A program made the position numbers and the translations under genes. Source: Syntrophaceae bacterium UBA5764 (GTDB lineage: Bacteria > Desulfobacterota > Syntrophia > Syntrophales > Smithellaceae). Taken from it: 64,000 nucleotides of DNA. The notes below the pieces were generated by a model. The model worked only from the letters and a program-made list of their open reading frames with translations, was not told the DNA's origin and ran no database searches. Within the stretch, counting starts at the first letter, position 1; each line of letters starts with the position of its first letter. The stretch spans positions 157-64,156 of the forward strand of contig DIEW01000015.1 in assembly GCA_002418825.1 (NCBI GenBank), read 5' to 3'. Below are positions 1 to 10,048 of the stretch, in pieces.

Positions 1-106
1 AAGTAAGAAGTTTTGGCAACACAATGCAGTAAAGCGGCGGCCTTTTTCGACATCGCCGGGGCTCTTCATCAAGAAAATTTTATCAGGATCGTTAATAATT
101 AAGGAG

Positions 107-148
107 ATCCGCTTCCGCCCCAGGAAGCGGATATTTCATTTTGCATTT
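107..148 (+). terminator. candidate intrinsic terminator hairpin
   Basis: Perfect 10-bp inverted repeat ATCCGCTTCC (107-116) / GGAAGCGGAT (123-132) with a 6-nt loop, followed by T-rich ATTTCATTTTGCATTT. Read directly. Confidence 0.35.
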
Positions 149-369
149 GTCCATCTTTTCTTACTGCAGTTGCAATGTGGAGGAGACGTTCCGCCCCATT
201 CTGAATGCGGATTTTTTCCATTGTCTCCCCAACAGACAAACTGAAGTTATCTTCATAGCCATGATCAAGAGCATCTATAACAATCAGGGAGATCGGTCCT
301 GCCTTAGCAGCGTATCTAACATTACGAAACCATTTTTGATCTTTAAATTCCCAAAACAGGAGTAGAGCA

Positions 370-1803
370 ATGAGAGGATTCGAAGCGCTTTCTTTTCTGG
401 ACGCCACGGCCGCGGCACAGCTTGTCAAAAAGAAGGAAGTCCAGGCCGGTGAGCTGGTCGAAGCGGCCATAGAAAACATCGAAAAGCTTAATCCTCAGCT
501 CAATGCCGTTGTTACCGCCATGTACGAAGAGGCAAGACGGATGGCGCAAGAGAAGCAGCCGGCTGGACCATTTGCCGGTGTTCCCTTTCTGCTCAAGGAC
601 TTATTGGCTTTATACAAAGGCGTACGCATGACATCCGGCACAAAAAATATGCAAAATTATGTGCCTGATCATGACAGTGAACTTGTTGCCCGCTATAAGA
701 AAGCGGGGTTTATTATTGTGGGAAAAACAAACACTCCCGAACTTGGTCTCTTGCCGACCACTGAACCGCGCCTCTTCGGCCCCTGCCGCAACCCCTGGAA
801 TTTGCAGCGCACCGCCGGAGGATCAAGCGGCGGATCGGCTGTTGCCGTAGCCTCGCGCATGGTACCTGCCGCCCATGGAAATGACGGCGGCGGTTCCATC
901 CGCATTCCGGCTTCATGCTGTGGTTTATTTGGTTTGAAACCCACGCGGGCGAGAAATTCTCTGGCGCCGGACGCGGGTGATGCCATGAGCGGTCTCGTCA
1001 ACGAACATGTGTTGACCCGTTCCGTCCGCGACAGCGCGGCTATTCTTGATGCGACACGCGGCTGTGTTCCCGGCGATCCTTATGTCGCGCCCGAACCTGT
1101 TCGCCCTTACGTGGAAGAAATAAAGAAAAAACCCGGCTGTCTGCGTATCGCGTACTTGGATACAACACTGGACGGAAAAGAAATTCACACCGACTGTGTC
1201 AAAGCGCTTCAAAGCGCGGTGCGCCTGTGCCGCAAATTAGGGCATAAGCTTACGCAAAAAAGCCCGGTTATCGACAGAAAAGTTTTGGGGCGTTCCTTTA
1301 ATGTTATCTGGGCGGCCAACTGTGCCGCGACCATCGATTGGATCGCAGATGTCTCCGGCTGGAAACCAAAGCAGGATGATTACGAACCTTTAACCTGGGC
1401 GCTGTATGAGCAGGGGAAAAATTTTACGTCCGGCGATTACCTTACCGCGGTGGAAAAAATTCAGACAATTTCCCGCGATGTGGCGCGCTTTTTTCTGGAC
1501 TACGATATTTTCATGACGCCCACGCTGGGCGAGCCGCCGGTTTTGATTGGCGAGATGGACGCGACATCGGATGATCCGCTTAAGGGATGGCGACGCGCAG
1601 TGTCCTTTGTCCCTTTCACGCCGCTTTGCAACGCTACCGGCCAGCCGGCGATGTCTGTTCCTCTTTACTGGAATGAGCGGAACCTGCCCATCGGCATTCA
1701 GTTTGTCGGACGCTACGGTGATGAAGCAACGCTCTTTTGTTTAGCCGCGCAACTGGAAAAAGCCCAGCCCTGGGCAAAACGCATCCCGCCCGTTACGGTG
1801 TAA
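370..1803 (+). CDS. amidase (amidase-signature family, GatA-like)
   Basis: 477-aa ORF with the Gly/Ser-rich AS block GGSSGGSAVAVA and GNDGGGSIRIPAS. AGGAG lies 7 nt upstream of the ATG. Confidence 0.85.
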   Translation: MRGFEALSFLDATAAAQLVKKKEVQAGELVEAAIENIEKLNPQLNAVVTAMYEEARRMAQEKQPAGPFAGVPFLLKDLLALYKGVRMTSGTKNMQNYVPDHDSELVARYKKAGFIIVGKTNTPELGLLPTTEPRLFGPCRNPWNLQRTAGGSSGGSAVAVASRMVPAAHGNDGGGSIRIPASCCGLFGLKPTRARNSLAPDAGDAMSGLVNEHVLTRSVRDSAAILDATRGCVPGDPYVAPEPVRPYVEEIKKKPGCLRIAYLDTTLDGKEIHTDCVKALQSAVRLCRKLGHKLTQKSPVIDRKVLGRSFNVIWAANCAATIDWIADVSGWKPKQDDYEPLTWALYEQGKNFTSGDYLTAVEKIQTISRDVARFFLDYDIFMTPTLGEPPVLIGEMDATSDDPLKGWRRAVSFVPFTPLCNATGQPAMSVPLYWNERNLPIGIQFVGRYGDEATLFCLAAQLEKAQPWAKRIPPVTV

Positions 1804-2061
1804 AGATTAGGCTGGTGTATGCAGGTTTGGGAAGCACGTAGAGAAGTTTACAATATAATATTTAAGCGGGGCTTCCGTTTCTTCCTCAGAAGATTTTCCG
1901 GAAAACATCCAAACGCGGATGATGAAAAATATTTTCCCGATAAAAAACCATGTCGGCAGGCGGACATGCGCTGATGGGTTTTTTGTATTTATCGGTCAAA
2001 TTGCTGTTACATTAATATATGATAAAACCAGTTAAAATAAATTGCCTTGAGGGAAAAAACG

Positions 2062-2826
2062 ATGAAAAAAAATAAACCAGTTGCCATTGTTACCGGTTCA
2101 TCAAGAGGCTTGGGCGCGGCCACAGCAAAAATGCTGGCAAAAAGGAGTTACAATATAGTGGTTAATTATTCCCAAAGTGAGGCCGAAGCGCGTGAGGTCC
2201 AGAATAGCTGCGAGGCATTAGGCGTTGAAACTTTATTATGCCGGGCTGATGTTTCGGAAGATGCTGATTGTCGCCGCATGGTTGATGAGACCATAAACAA
2301 ATGGGGGCGTATTGATGCGCTGGTCAATAATGCCGCCACAACAAAGTTCAACGCGCACGGTAATCTGGAGGGGCTTTCCAAAGAAGATTTTTTGTATATA
2401 TACGGCATTAATGTTGTCGGCCCTTACCAGATGATTCGTGCTGTTGTGCCGCACATGAAAAAAGTGGGTAAGGGTGTTGTGGTCAATATCGCGTCTTTAG
2501 CAGGGGTAAAGGCGATTGGCAGTTCCGTGGCTTATTGCGCTTCCAAGGCGGCGCTGATCAACATGACGATGGCGCTGGCGCGCGCGCTGGGGCCGGAGAT
2601 TCGCGTCAATGCAGTCTGTCCCGGTTTTATTCAAGGCGAATGGCTTAAAGCCGGCATGGGAGAGGAAAAATATAAGAAACTGAAAGATAGGCTTGAGGGT
2701 ACATTGCCTCTGCGCGCGACGGCCACGCCGGAGATTATCGCCGAGACAATCCGCTATTTTATTGAAGACGCGGTTTTGGTCACGGGCGAAGCGTTGCTGC
2801 TCGACGGTGGGCACCACTTGATTTGA
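2062..2826 (+). CDS. short-chain dehydrogenase/reductase (SDR, 3-oxoacyl-ACP reductase-like)
   Basis: TGSSRGLG cofactor motif, NNAA, and catalytic YCASK (YxxxK). ATG at 2062 preferred over the TTG at 2047 given in the ORF track. Confidence 0.85.
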   Translation: MKKNKPVAIVTGSSRGLGAATAKMLAKRSYNIVVNYSQSEAEAREVQNSCEALGVETLLCRADVSEDADCRRMVDETINKWGRIDALVNNAATTKFNAHGNLEGLSKEDFLYIYGINVVGPYQMIRAVVPHMKKVGKGVVVNIASLAGVKAIGSSVAYCASKAALINMTMALARALGPEIRVNAVCPGFIQGEWLKAGMGEEKYKKLKDRLEGTLPLRATATPEIIAETIRYFIEDAVLVTGEALLLDGGHHLI

Positions 2827-2881
2827 AAGTTTCTTTTATCATTTTTTCACTCTGAAGAATGATTTGTCCTGACAATAGGAA

Positions 2882-2911
2882 TTGACACGTGAGCGTAATT
2901 TGCCATATATT
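2882..2911 (+). promoter_or_regulatory. candidate sigma70 promoter for menA-ubiE
   Basis: TTGACA (2882-2887), 18-nt spacer, TATATT (2906-2911). Read directly. Confidence 0.4.
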
Positions 2912-2987
2912 TCTCAATTGTGTCATGATGAAATGAGAGTGTGCATAGATTATTGATTACGTGATATGCGGGAAACGGGTCGAGCTT

Positions 2988-3878
2988 ATGCTGAAAATTT
3001 GTTTTTTGGAAACCAGACCGCAATACCTTTTGCTGTCGGTTATTTTGGCCTTTTTGGGAACATGTATAGCCTGGTATTATCAAGATGCGCTAAATTTAGG
3101 TTACGCTCTGCTGGCGGGTATTGGCTTGGTACTCACGCACATCAGCGTAAACACGTTAAACGATTATTTCGATTATAAAAGCGGTGTGGACCTTAAAACA
3201 CGGGTAACCCCTTTCAGTGGCGGCAGCGGTATTCTAAAAGCAGGACTTTTGCAACCGCGACAGGTTTTGACTATGGGTATTGTCACTTTACTTCTGGCCG
3301 CGCCGATTGGAATTTATTTTATTGTGGTTCAGGGATGGCTGCTTTTACCGTTGCTTATCATTGCGGCACTCTGTGTTGTCTTTTACACGCCGGTGATATT
3401 GAAGCGCAGGTGGCCGGAGTGGTCGGCAGGCCTGGGATTGGGTATGCTTCCCGTTTTGGGAGCGTATTTTGCGCAGGCAGGGACTTATTCCTGGCCGGCA
3501 TTTTTTGGCGCGGTGCCTTCCTTTATATTAGTGCACAATCTTTTGCTGTTAAATGAATTCCCCGATGTGGAGGCGGATAGTTCCGGCGGGCGTAAAACTC
3601 TGCCCATTACCATGGGTAAAACAAAGACCGCGAAATTTTACACGGCCATGACTATCTTAATGTATTTGTGGATTATCGGTTGTGTTGTTACAGGCGTGTC
3701 GCCACTCTGGACACTGCTGGCTTTGTTAACCCTGCCTTTCGCGGTTCTGGCGATGCGCGGTTCTTTTCATCCCGAAAATGAAGCGGGTATTATCAAGGCG
3801 ATGAAAAACAACGTGCTGGTCGTGCTGGCCGCGCAATTTCTTTTGGGCGCGGGTTATCTGCTGGCGGCGGTTGGATAA
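2988..3878 (+). CDS. menA: UbiA-family prenyltransferase, MenA-like (1,4-dihydroxy-2-naphthoate polyprenyltransferase)
   Basis: Polytopic membrane ORF with Asp-rich NDYFDYKSGVD and a second block NEFPDVEAD. ATG at 2988 preferred over the GTG at 2961. Confidence 0.7.
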   Translation: MLKICFLETRPQYLLLSVILAFLGTCIAWYYQDALNLGYALLAGIGLVLTHISVNTLNDYFDYKSGVDLKTRVTPFSGGSGILKAGLLQPRQVLTMGIVTLLLAAPIGIYFIVVQGWLLLPLLIIAALCVVFYTPVILKRRWPEWSAGLGLGMLPVLGAYFAQAGTYSWPAFFGAVPSFILVHNLLLLNEFPDVEADSSGGRKTLPITMGKTKTAKFYTAMTILMYLWIIGCVVTGVSPLWTLLALLTLPFAVLAMRGSFHPENEAGIIKAMKNNVLVVLAAQFLLGAGYLLAAVG

Positions 3879-4626
3879 TAAGGAAGGAAATTTTACGCAT
3901 TTGGGCAAAAATAAAGAAATTACCGGCGAAAATCTGTCGCCGATGTTTGGCGGCATCATTCGCCACTATGATCTGATTAATCATGTTTTTACCTGGGGCA
4001 TGGATATTGGCTGGAGAAAAAAATTAGTTGCCTGTTGTCTGGAAATAAACCCTCGGGAAGTTTTGGACCTCGGTTGCGGCACGGGAGATTTGGCCATAAG
4101 CATCGCCCTCCTTGCGCCGGAAAATCTGCACGTTACCGCCTGCGATTTCAGCAGGGAAATGCTGGCTGTCGCGTCCCAAAAAGCGCGAAAAGTCGGGGTG
4201 GATAATAAAATATCTTTTATCAATGCTGACGCGGCTAATTTTCCTTTTTCTGATAGTTATTTTGATTGCGTCGGCATTTCCTTTGCTTTCCGCAACATGA
4301 TTTATAAAAATGCTTCCGCCGACAGGCACCTTGCCGAAATTTTGCGCGTGCTCAAACCCGGTGGTTCCTGTTTTATTGCCGAAACCAGTCAGCCGCGAAA
4401 TAAATTCATCCAAGCTATGCATCATTTCTACATTCGCACCTATGTTTATACCATGGGGCTGCTTATTTCCGGCGATAGGGCCGCGTATAAATATCTTGCC
4501 GAATCGGCGGTAAATTTCTATGGTCCGGATGAGCTGGGAAAGATTCTGATTACCGCGGGCTTTAAGCAGGTTTTTTATCAGCCTCTTTTTTTCGGCGCGG
4601 CGGGAATTTACCGGTTGATCAAATAA
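3871..4626 (+). CDS. ubiE: demethylmenaquinone/ubiquinone C-methyltransferase (UbiE/MenG family)
   Basis: N-terminal MFGGIIRHYDLINHVFTWG..WRKK typical of UbiE, plus SAM motif LDLGCGTGD. Overlaps the menA stop by 8 nt. Start codon uncertain (TTG). Confidence 0.8.
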   Translation: MDNKEGNFTHLGKNKEITGENLSPMFGGIIRHYDLINHVFTWGMDIGWRKKLVACCLEINPREVLDLGCGTGDLAISIALLAPENLHVTACDFSREMLAVASQKARKVGVDNKISFINADAANFPFSDSYFDCVGISFAFRNMIYKNASADRHLAEILRVLKPGGSCFIAETSQPRNKFIQAMHHFYIRTYVYTMGLLISGDRAAYKYLAESAVNFYGPDELGKILITAGFKQVFYQPLFFGAAGIYRLIK

Positions 4627-4653
4627 GTGGCACGATTATTTTGGGAGGCAAAC

Positions 4654-4956
4654 ATGATAATTGTTACCGGAAATATACTGGCTAAAAGTGAAACGTTGGA
4701 TGAATTATTTGTCCTGGCTTTGGAGCACTCGCGGCGTTCGCGTTTTGAGCCGGGATGTCTTGCCCATGGGGTGCATCAGGATTGTGAAAATCAGTTGCGG
4801 CTTGTTTTTTTTGAACAATGGACTGACCATTCGGCGCTCGCCCAACATTTTCATCTGCCCGCATCCCGCCTTTTTGCCAAAGAAGCGTTTGCGCTGGCCG
4901 CCGAGCCGCCAAAGATAGAAATTTATGAAGCTGTCGCGGTAAGTGTGGGAGGATAA
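4654..4956 (+). CDS. antibiotic-biosynthesis-monooxygenase (ABM) domain protein, putative quinol monooxygenase-like
   Basis: About 100-aa ferredoxin-like fold pattern (MIIVTG..LVFFEQWTDHSALAQHF). Confidence 0.65.
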   Translation: MIIVTGNILAKSETLDELFVLALEHSRRSRFEPGCLAHGVHQDCENQLRLVFFEQWTDHSALAQHFHLPASRLFAKEAFALAAEPPKIEIYEAVAVSVGG

Positions 4957-5025
4957 TATTTTTCCCGGCAATCCGGGTTGGCTGAATTTGTAACGTAATT
5001 ATTTTGTCGCCGCTGAATGCGATTT

Positions 5026-5054
5026 TTGACTCGCGGAGAAGCGGCATATATACA
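5026..5054 (+). promoter_or_regulatory. candidate sigma70 promoter for the acs-mcm-mce module
   Basis: TTGACT (5026-5031), 17-nt spacer, TATACA (5049-5054). Confidence 0.35.
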
Positions 5055-5108
5055 AATAAAGTTTTTCGCCGTCTATATTTTATTAGTATTTATAAATGAA
5101 GGTAAAAT

Positions 5109-7250
5109 ATGGTGGACAAAGCAAGTTCCGATATAAATTTATCATCCCTCGATTCTTTTTTTAATCCGGCTTCCATCGCCCTTATCGGCGTTTCCAGGGA
5201 TATCCGGCGCCCCACAGGCAGATCGTTAAACGCGCTTTTGAAATGGAATTACCCTGGGAAATTATACCCGATAAATCCCAACCATACAGAAATTCATGGT
5301 CTGCCATGTTATCCTTCTCTGTTCGATGTGCCCGGTGAAGTGGACATGGTCATTATCAGCGTGCCCGCATCTTCCGTGCTGGCGGCGCTCGAGCAGTGCG
5401 TGCAGAAAAAAGTAAAGGCCGTTGTTCTTTTTACTTCCGGTTTTGCCGAAATCGGCGCGGAAGGGAAAGCCCTGCAGGATCAAGTAACGCATCTGTCCAG
5501 GAAAAATAATCTGCGCATTTTGGGGCCCAACTGCGTGGGGCTGGTTAACCTGAGCAATTCTGTCATGGCTTCTTTTGCCAATATTGTTGACTTAAAACCG
5601 GTTTATCCGATGACGCTGGGTTTTGTAACGCAAAGCGGCGCTTTCGGCACTTTGATTTTTGCGACCGCAGTAGCGGCAGGAGTTGGATTCAGCTCTTTTG
5701 TCAGTGTCGGTAACGAAGCGGATACGGAATTTGCTGATTTTCTCTATTATCTTTTAAATACGGAAAAAACAAAAGTTGTCGGCGGCTATCTGGAAGGGGC
5801 GAAAAACGGAGCCAAGCTGCGCAGGGCCGCCGAGCAAGCGTTGAAACTTAAAAAACCGATTCTGATTATGAAAGTCGGCCGCACCGGCGCGGGCGCGCGG
5901 GCAGCATCCTCGCATACCGGATCGCTCGCCGGCGATGATAAAATTTATGACGCGTTTTTCCGTCAGATGGGCATTATCCGTATCGAAACATTGTCTGAGC
6001 TTACTTCGTTCGTGATTGTGCACCGTAGCGGACGCCTGCCGCGGGGAAACAATATCGGCATTCTTTCCATTTCCGGCGGCGCGGGCGTGTTGATGGCGGA
6101 TAAATGCGAATCTCTGGGGCTCCATGTCCCGGAGTTTACCGGCGAGACACGCCGCGTGCTGGAACAATATCTGCCGCCTTTCGGCTCGGCCAAAAACCCC
6201 GTGGATTTAACTTCCGCCGCGGTGGCGCAGCCGGAGATGCTGGGCAATTGCCTCAGAGCTTTGGTAGCGGACGAAAACATTCACATGATTAACGTAGCGA
6301 TTGGATTTGTGCCGCACAATGCGCCAATTCTGGCTAAAGATCTCATTGATGTATATCAGTCCACAACCAAACCGATTGTGCTGGTTACCTATAATGTTTC
6401 CGAATCGGAAGTAACAGCAAAGGCGGTTAAATCGATTGAGGAAGCCGGTATGCCGGTTTTACAGGATCATCTGCATTCGGTGCAGGCGCTTAGTAATCTG
6501 GCTTGGTACGCCAGCAGGCTGCGCCGGCCGGTGGAAATCAAAGCGGACAGGTATACGTTCAAATTAGAAAAAGAAATCGAAGAGTTGATTAAAAAAGGCG
6601 GCGCTCTTTCGGAACATGAAGCCAAAAAAATTTTGGCCGCCTACGGTATTCCCGTGACGCGAGAAAAGATTGCCACCACCGCAGACCAAGCCGTAAAAGT
6701 AGCGCGTAAAATCGGCTATCCTGTGGCGCTGAAAATTTCCTCCGCGCAGATAAGGCACAAAACCGAAGCCGGCGGCATCAGGCTCAATATAAAAACTGAT
6801 GCGCAGGTTCGCGTCGCGTTCCGGCAAATTATCGCCAGCGCAAAAAAATATATGTCGCAGGCCGAGATTCAGGGCGTGCTGGTGCAGGAGATGCTCCAAG
6901 GCGGCACCGAGGTGATTGTCGGCACAGTTGATGATCCGGTATTCGGGCCGTGCGTGATGTTCGGCCTGGGCGGTGTTTTTGTTGAAGCGCTCAAGGATGT
7001 TTCCTTCCGCGTCGCGCCTTTGAGCCGCGCGGATGCCGAAGAAATGATCAGCGAGATTCAGGGGCATAGTGTTTTGCGGGGATTGCGTGGCAAGCCGCCT
7101 GTGAATACAGAAGCGCTCATTGATATCATCTTAAAAGTATCGCGCCTGGCAAGCGATCATAAAAACACAATTAAGGAACTGGATATCAATCCACTGATTC
7201 TTTTTAAAAAAGACGCCAAAGTCGCCGACGCCTTAATTATCAAAAAATAA
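5109..7250 (+). CDS. acetate/acyl-CoA ligase (ADP-forming), fused alpha-beta NDP-forming acyl-CoA synthetase
   Basis: 713 aa. Has an N-terminal CoA-binding domain, the phospho-His loop SSHTGSLAG, and a C-terminal ATP-grasp domain. Confidence 0.85.
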   Translation: MVDKASSDINLSSLDSFFNPASIALIGVSRDIRRPTGRSLNALLKWNYPGKLYPINPNHTEIHGLPCYPSLFDVPGEVDMVIISVPASSVLAALEQCVQKKVKAVVLFTSGFAEIGAEGKALQDQVTHLSRKNNLRILGPNCVGLVNLSNSVMASFANIVDLKPVYPMTLGFVTQSGAFGTLIFATAVAAGVGFSSFVSVGNEADTEFADFLYYLLNTEKTKVVGGYLEGAKNGAKLRRAAEQALKLKKPILIMKVGRTGAGARAASSHTGSLAGDDKIYDAFFRQMGIIRIETLSELTSFVIVHRSGRLPRGNNIGILSISGGAGVLMADKCESLGLHVPEFTGETRRVLEQYLPPFGSAKNPVDLTSAAVAQPEMLGNCLRALVADENIHMINVAIGFVPHNAPILAKDLIDVYQSTTKPIVLVTYNVSESEVTAKAVKSIEEAGMPVLQDHLHSVQALSNLAWYASRLRRPVEIKADRYTFKLEKEIEELIKKGGALSEHEAKKILAAYGIPVTREKIATTADQAVKVARKIGYPVALKISSAQIRHKTEAGGIRLNIKTDAQVRVAFRQIIASAKKYMSQAEIQGVLVQEMLQGGTEVIVGTVDDPVFGPCVMFGLGGVFVEALKDVSFRVAPLSRADAEEMISEIQGHSVLRGLRGKPPVNTEALIDIILKVSRLASDHKNTIKELDINPLILFKKDAKVADALIIKK

Positions 7251-7292
7251 AATAAGCAGTTCTAAAAACATGAAACGGGGGGGGTAGGAGTA

Positions 7293-8972
7293 ATGTTTGA
7301 CAAAGACGCGCTTGGAAAAATCAAAACCGCCAAAGACAAATGGGAAAAAGAAATCCTGGATGGGGCGCTGGGTAAGGAAAAGGAACGCAAGGATGTTTTT
7401 ACCAGCATCTCCGGAGAACCAATCGAGCGTCTCTATACGCCGCTTGATGTTTCCGATTTGGATTACAATGAACAGCTTGGCTATCCGGGACAATTTCCTT
7501 TCACGCGCGGCGTGCAGCCCACGATGTACCGTGGGCGTTTCTGGACGATGCGCCAGTACGCGGGCTTCGGCAGCGCCAGGGAGAGCAACGCGCGCTACCG
7601 CTATCTTCTGGAGCAGGGGCAGACTGGACTTAGCGTCGCGTTCGATTTGCCCACGCAGGCGGGTTATGACAGCGACCATCCTCTTTCCATGGGTGAAGTC
7701 GGCAAAGTCGGCGTGGCGGTTGATTGCATCGGCGATATGCGCGTGCTCTTCGATAAGATTCCGCTCGATAAAGTTACCACGTCCATGACGATAAACGCTC
7801 CGGCCACGGTGCTTCTGGCCATGTATCTGGCGATTGCTGACGAGCAGGGAATTTCTTACGAAAAACTGGGCGGCACGGTGCAAAACGACATTCTCAAGGA
7901 AATCACCGTCCGCGGACAGTATATTTATCCTCCCCGGCCCAGCATGAAGCTCACCGTGGATTTGATTGAATACTGTTTTAAAAACGTTCCCCGCTGGAAT
8001 TCCATCAGCATCAGCGGCTATCACATCCGGGAGGCCGGCTCCACCGCCGCGCAGGAAGCGGCGTTCACCATCGCCGACGGCATCGCCTATGTGCAGGCGT
8101 GCGTGGAAAGAGGCCTTGATGTGGATAAATTCGCGCCGCGGCTCAGTTTCTTTTTTAACGCTTTTACCAATGTTGTGGAGGAAGTGGCCAAGTTCCGCGC
8201 GGCGCGGCGCGTCTGGGCAAGAATTATGAAAGAACGCTTTGGCGCGAAAGATCCGCGTTCGCTCATGCTGCGGTTTCATGTGCAGACCGGCGGTGTGACG
8301 CTTACCGCGCAGCAGCCTTTGAATAATATTATCCGCGTAACTCTTCAGGCTTACGCCGCGGCGCTGGGTGGTTGCCAGTCGCTGCATACAAATTCCTATG
8401 ACGAGGCGCTCTGCCTGCCCACCGAGCAGGCAGTAACGGTTGCTTTGCGTACCCAGCAGATTGTGGCCGAAGAAAGCGGCGCGACGGATTCGATTGACCC
8501 CCTGGCGGGCTCTTATATGGTGGAGGCGCTCACGGATAAAATTGAGAAACAGGTATTTGATTATCTGGAAAAAATCGACAACATGGGTGGAACGCTCAAA
8601 GCTATCGAAAAAAATTATATTCAAAAGGAAATACAGCAGAGCTCCTATCGTTTTCAAAAAGAAATTGAAAACAATGAACGTGTTTATGTAGGCATTAATA
8701 AATACACGATGGAAGAAGCGCCCCCGGCCAATCTGCTTAAAGTGGATATGAAAGTTGGTCAAGCTGAAGCAGAAAAACTCCGCAAAATGCGCGCGGCGCG
8801 TGATAAGAAAAGATGGGAAAAAGCGCTGGAGAATTTGCGCAAAGTTTCTGAAAAAAATGAAAACGTTATGTCCGCGGTGATTGAAGCGGTTAAGGCCGAG
8901 GCCACGATTGGCGAAATCTGCGATGTCTGGAGAGAGATTTATGGAGAATATAAACCTAAACAGTCTTTTTAG
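7293..8972 (+). CDS. methylmalonyl-CoA mutase family, large (substrate-binding) subunit
   Basis: FPFTRGVQPTMYRGRFWTMRQYAGFG and other MCM TIM-barrel blocks. Lacks a B12 domain, which is encoded by the next gene. Confidence 0.9.
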   Translation: MFDKDALGKIKTAKDKWEKEILDGALGKEKERKDVFTSISGEPIERLYTPLDVSDLDYNEQLGYPGQFPFTRGVQPTMYRGRFWTMRQYAGFGSARESNARYRYLLEQGQTGLSVAFDLPTQAGYDSDHPLSMGEVGKVGVAVDCIGDMRVLFDKIPLDKVTTSMTINAPATVLLAMYLAIADEQGISYEKLGGTVQNDILKEITVRGQYIYPPRPSMKLTVDLIEYCFKNVPRWNSISISGYHIREAGSTAAQEAAFTIADGIAYVQACVERGLDVDKFAPRLSFFFNAFTNVVEEVAKFRAARRVWARIMKERFGAKDPRSLMLRFHVQTGGVTLTAQQPLNNIIRVTLQAYAAALGGCQSLHTNSYDEALCLPTEQAVTVALRTQQIVAEESGATDSIDPLAGSYMVEALTDKIEKQVFDYLEKIDNMGGTLKAIEKNYIQKEIQQSSYRFQKEIENNERVYVGINKYTMEEAPPANLLKVDMKVGQAEAEKLRKMRAARDKKRWEKALENLRKVSEKNENVMSAVIEAVKAEATIGEICDVWREIYGEYKPKQSF

Positions 8973-9006
8973 ATTATTGAAATTAAGCGAACTGGAGAAC
9001 TGTTAA

Positions 9007-9408
9007 ATGAGGAAAGATAGAAAAATCAGAATCGTTTTAGCCAAGCCGGGGCTGGATGGTCATGACCGCGGGGCGAAGCTTTTAGTGCGCATCTTTATGG
9101 AAGCGGGGATGGAAGTTATTTACACGGGGCTTCGCCAGACGCCGGAAATGATTGTGGCCACCGCTCTTCAGGAAGACGCGGATGTGATAGGCCTAAGCAG
9201 CTTATCCGGTGTGCACAATTATTTTTTCCCGCGCGTGACGGAACTCCTGCGCGAAAAAGGCATGGCCGATGTGCTGGTGGTGGGCGGTGGGATTATTCCC
9301 GATGAAGACATTGCCGGTTTGAAAAAAGCGGGCATTGCCGCCATCTTTGGGCCGGGCACGCCGACTACGGAAATTGTGGAATTTATCCGGGCCAACGTCC
9401 GCAAATAA
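9007..9408 (+). CDS. methylmalonyl-CoA mutase small subunit, cobalamin-binding domain
   Basis: 133 aa with the DxHxxG motif (DGHDRGAK) and a GGGIIP block. Confidence 0.9.
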   Translation: MRKDRKIRIVLAKPGLDGHDRGAKLLVRIFMEAGMEVIYTGLRQTPEMIVATALQEDADVIGLSSLSGVHNYFFPRVTELLREKGMADVLVVGGGIIPDEDIAGLKKAGIAAIFGPGTPTTEIVEFIRANVRK

Positions 9409-9424
9409 ACATAAAGGAGAAAAA

Positions 9425-9835
9425 ATGAAAGTTCTGAAAATTGACCATATCGGCATTGCCGTAAAAAGTATTGATGAAGCGAAAAATCTCTACAGCGGCC
9501 TTTTGGGCTTGAACCATGAAGGCAGTGAAACAGTGGCCGAGCAAAAAGTAACCACGGCATTTTTTCCGGTGGGCGATACGGAAGTTGAACTTATGGAGTC
9601 AACATCACCTGATGGGCCGATTGCCAAATATATTGAAAAGAAGGGCGAAGGAATTCAGCACATCGCTTTCCGCGTGGAAAATATCGAAGAGGCGCTGGCG
9701 GAGCTTAAAGCCAAAGGCATTCAGCTAATCGATGAAAAACCGCGCCGAGGCGCCAGCGGGGCAAAAATTGCCTTTCTGCATCCGAAATCAACTTTTGGGG
9801 TTTTGGTTGAACTTTGCGAGAAGCAAGAATCATAA
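9425..9835 (+). CDS. mce: methylmalonyl-CoA epimerase (VOC/glyoxalase family)
   Basis: [25 protein letters not shown] at 9425 with GGAG upstream; the ORF-track start at 9335 overlaps the previous gene. Confidence 0.85.
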   Translation: MKVLKIDHIGIAVKSIDEAKNLYSGLLGLNHEGSETVAEQKVTTAFFPVGDTEVELMESTSPDGPIAKYIEKKGEGIQHIAFRVENIEEALAELKAKGIQLIDEKPRRGASGAKIAFLHPKSTFGVLVELCEKQES

Positions 9836-10048
9836 CTCCTGAAAGAAATAGTCGCTTTCACCTACAAACAAACAAGCATGGCAAACAATTATTCTGATAA
9901 TTTGCTTTTGAAGTGTTTAACGGAGCCGCGACTGAGCTGTCTCGTGTAACGGGATCTGTTCCAGTCGCTTGTTCGGCCGCCGCAGGCGGTTGAGCAAGCG
10001 ACTTTCAGGCGCGGCTGTAAACCGTCGCCTGCATGGCTTTGTTGGCTG

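Noticed and set aside
99-479. 126-aa ORF on the - strand (and a 74-aa + strand ORF at 141-365) upstream of and overlapping the amidase start. Its C-terminal part (..FKDQKWFRNVRYAAKAGPISLIVIDALDHGYEDNF..) looks protein-like.
   Set aside because: The only ATG starts overlap the well-supported amidase N-terminus by >100 nt, and there is no plausible start below 370. The last codons are encoded by a perfect terminator-like hairpin (107-132). It may be a gene remnant, but I could not assign a family.
7233-8762. Very long antisense or alternative-frame ORFs opposite real genes. Examples: 7233-8762(-), 22387-23010(+), 26992-27813(+), 50739-51638(-), 52833-53516(-), 58995-59732(-), 60145-61089(-), 16250-16969(-).
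   Set aside because: Each lies entirely within a gene that has strong family motifs on the other strand or frame. Their translations are low-complexity and Arg/His/Phe-rich with no motifs. They are typical shadow ORFs.
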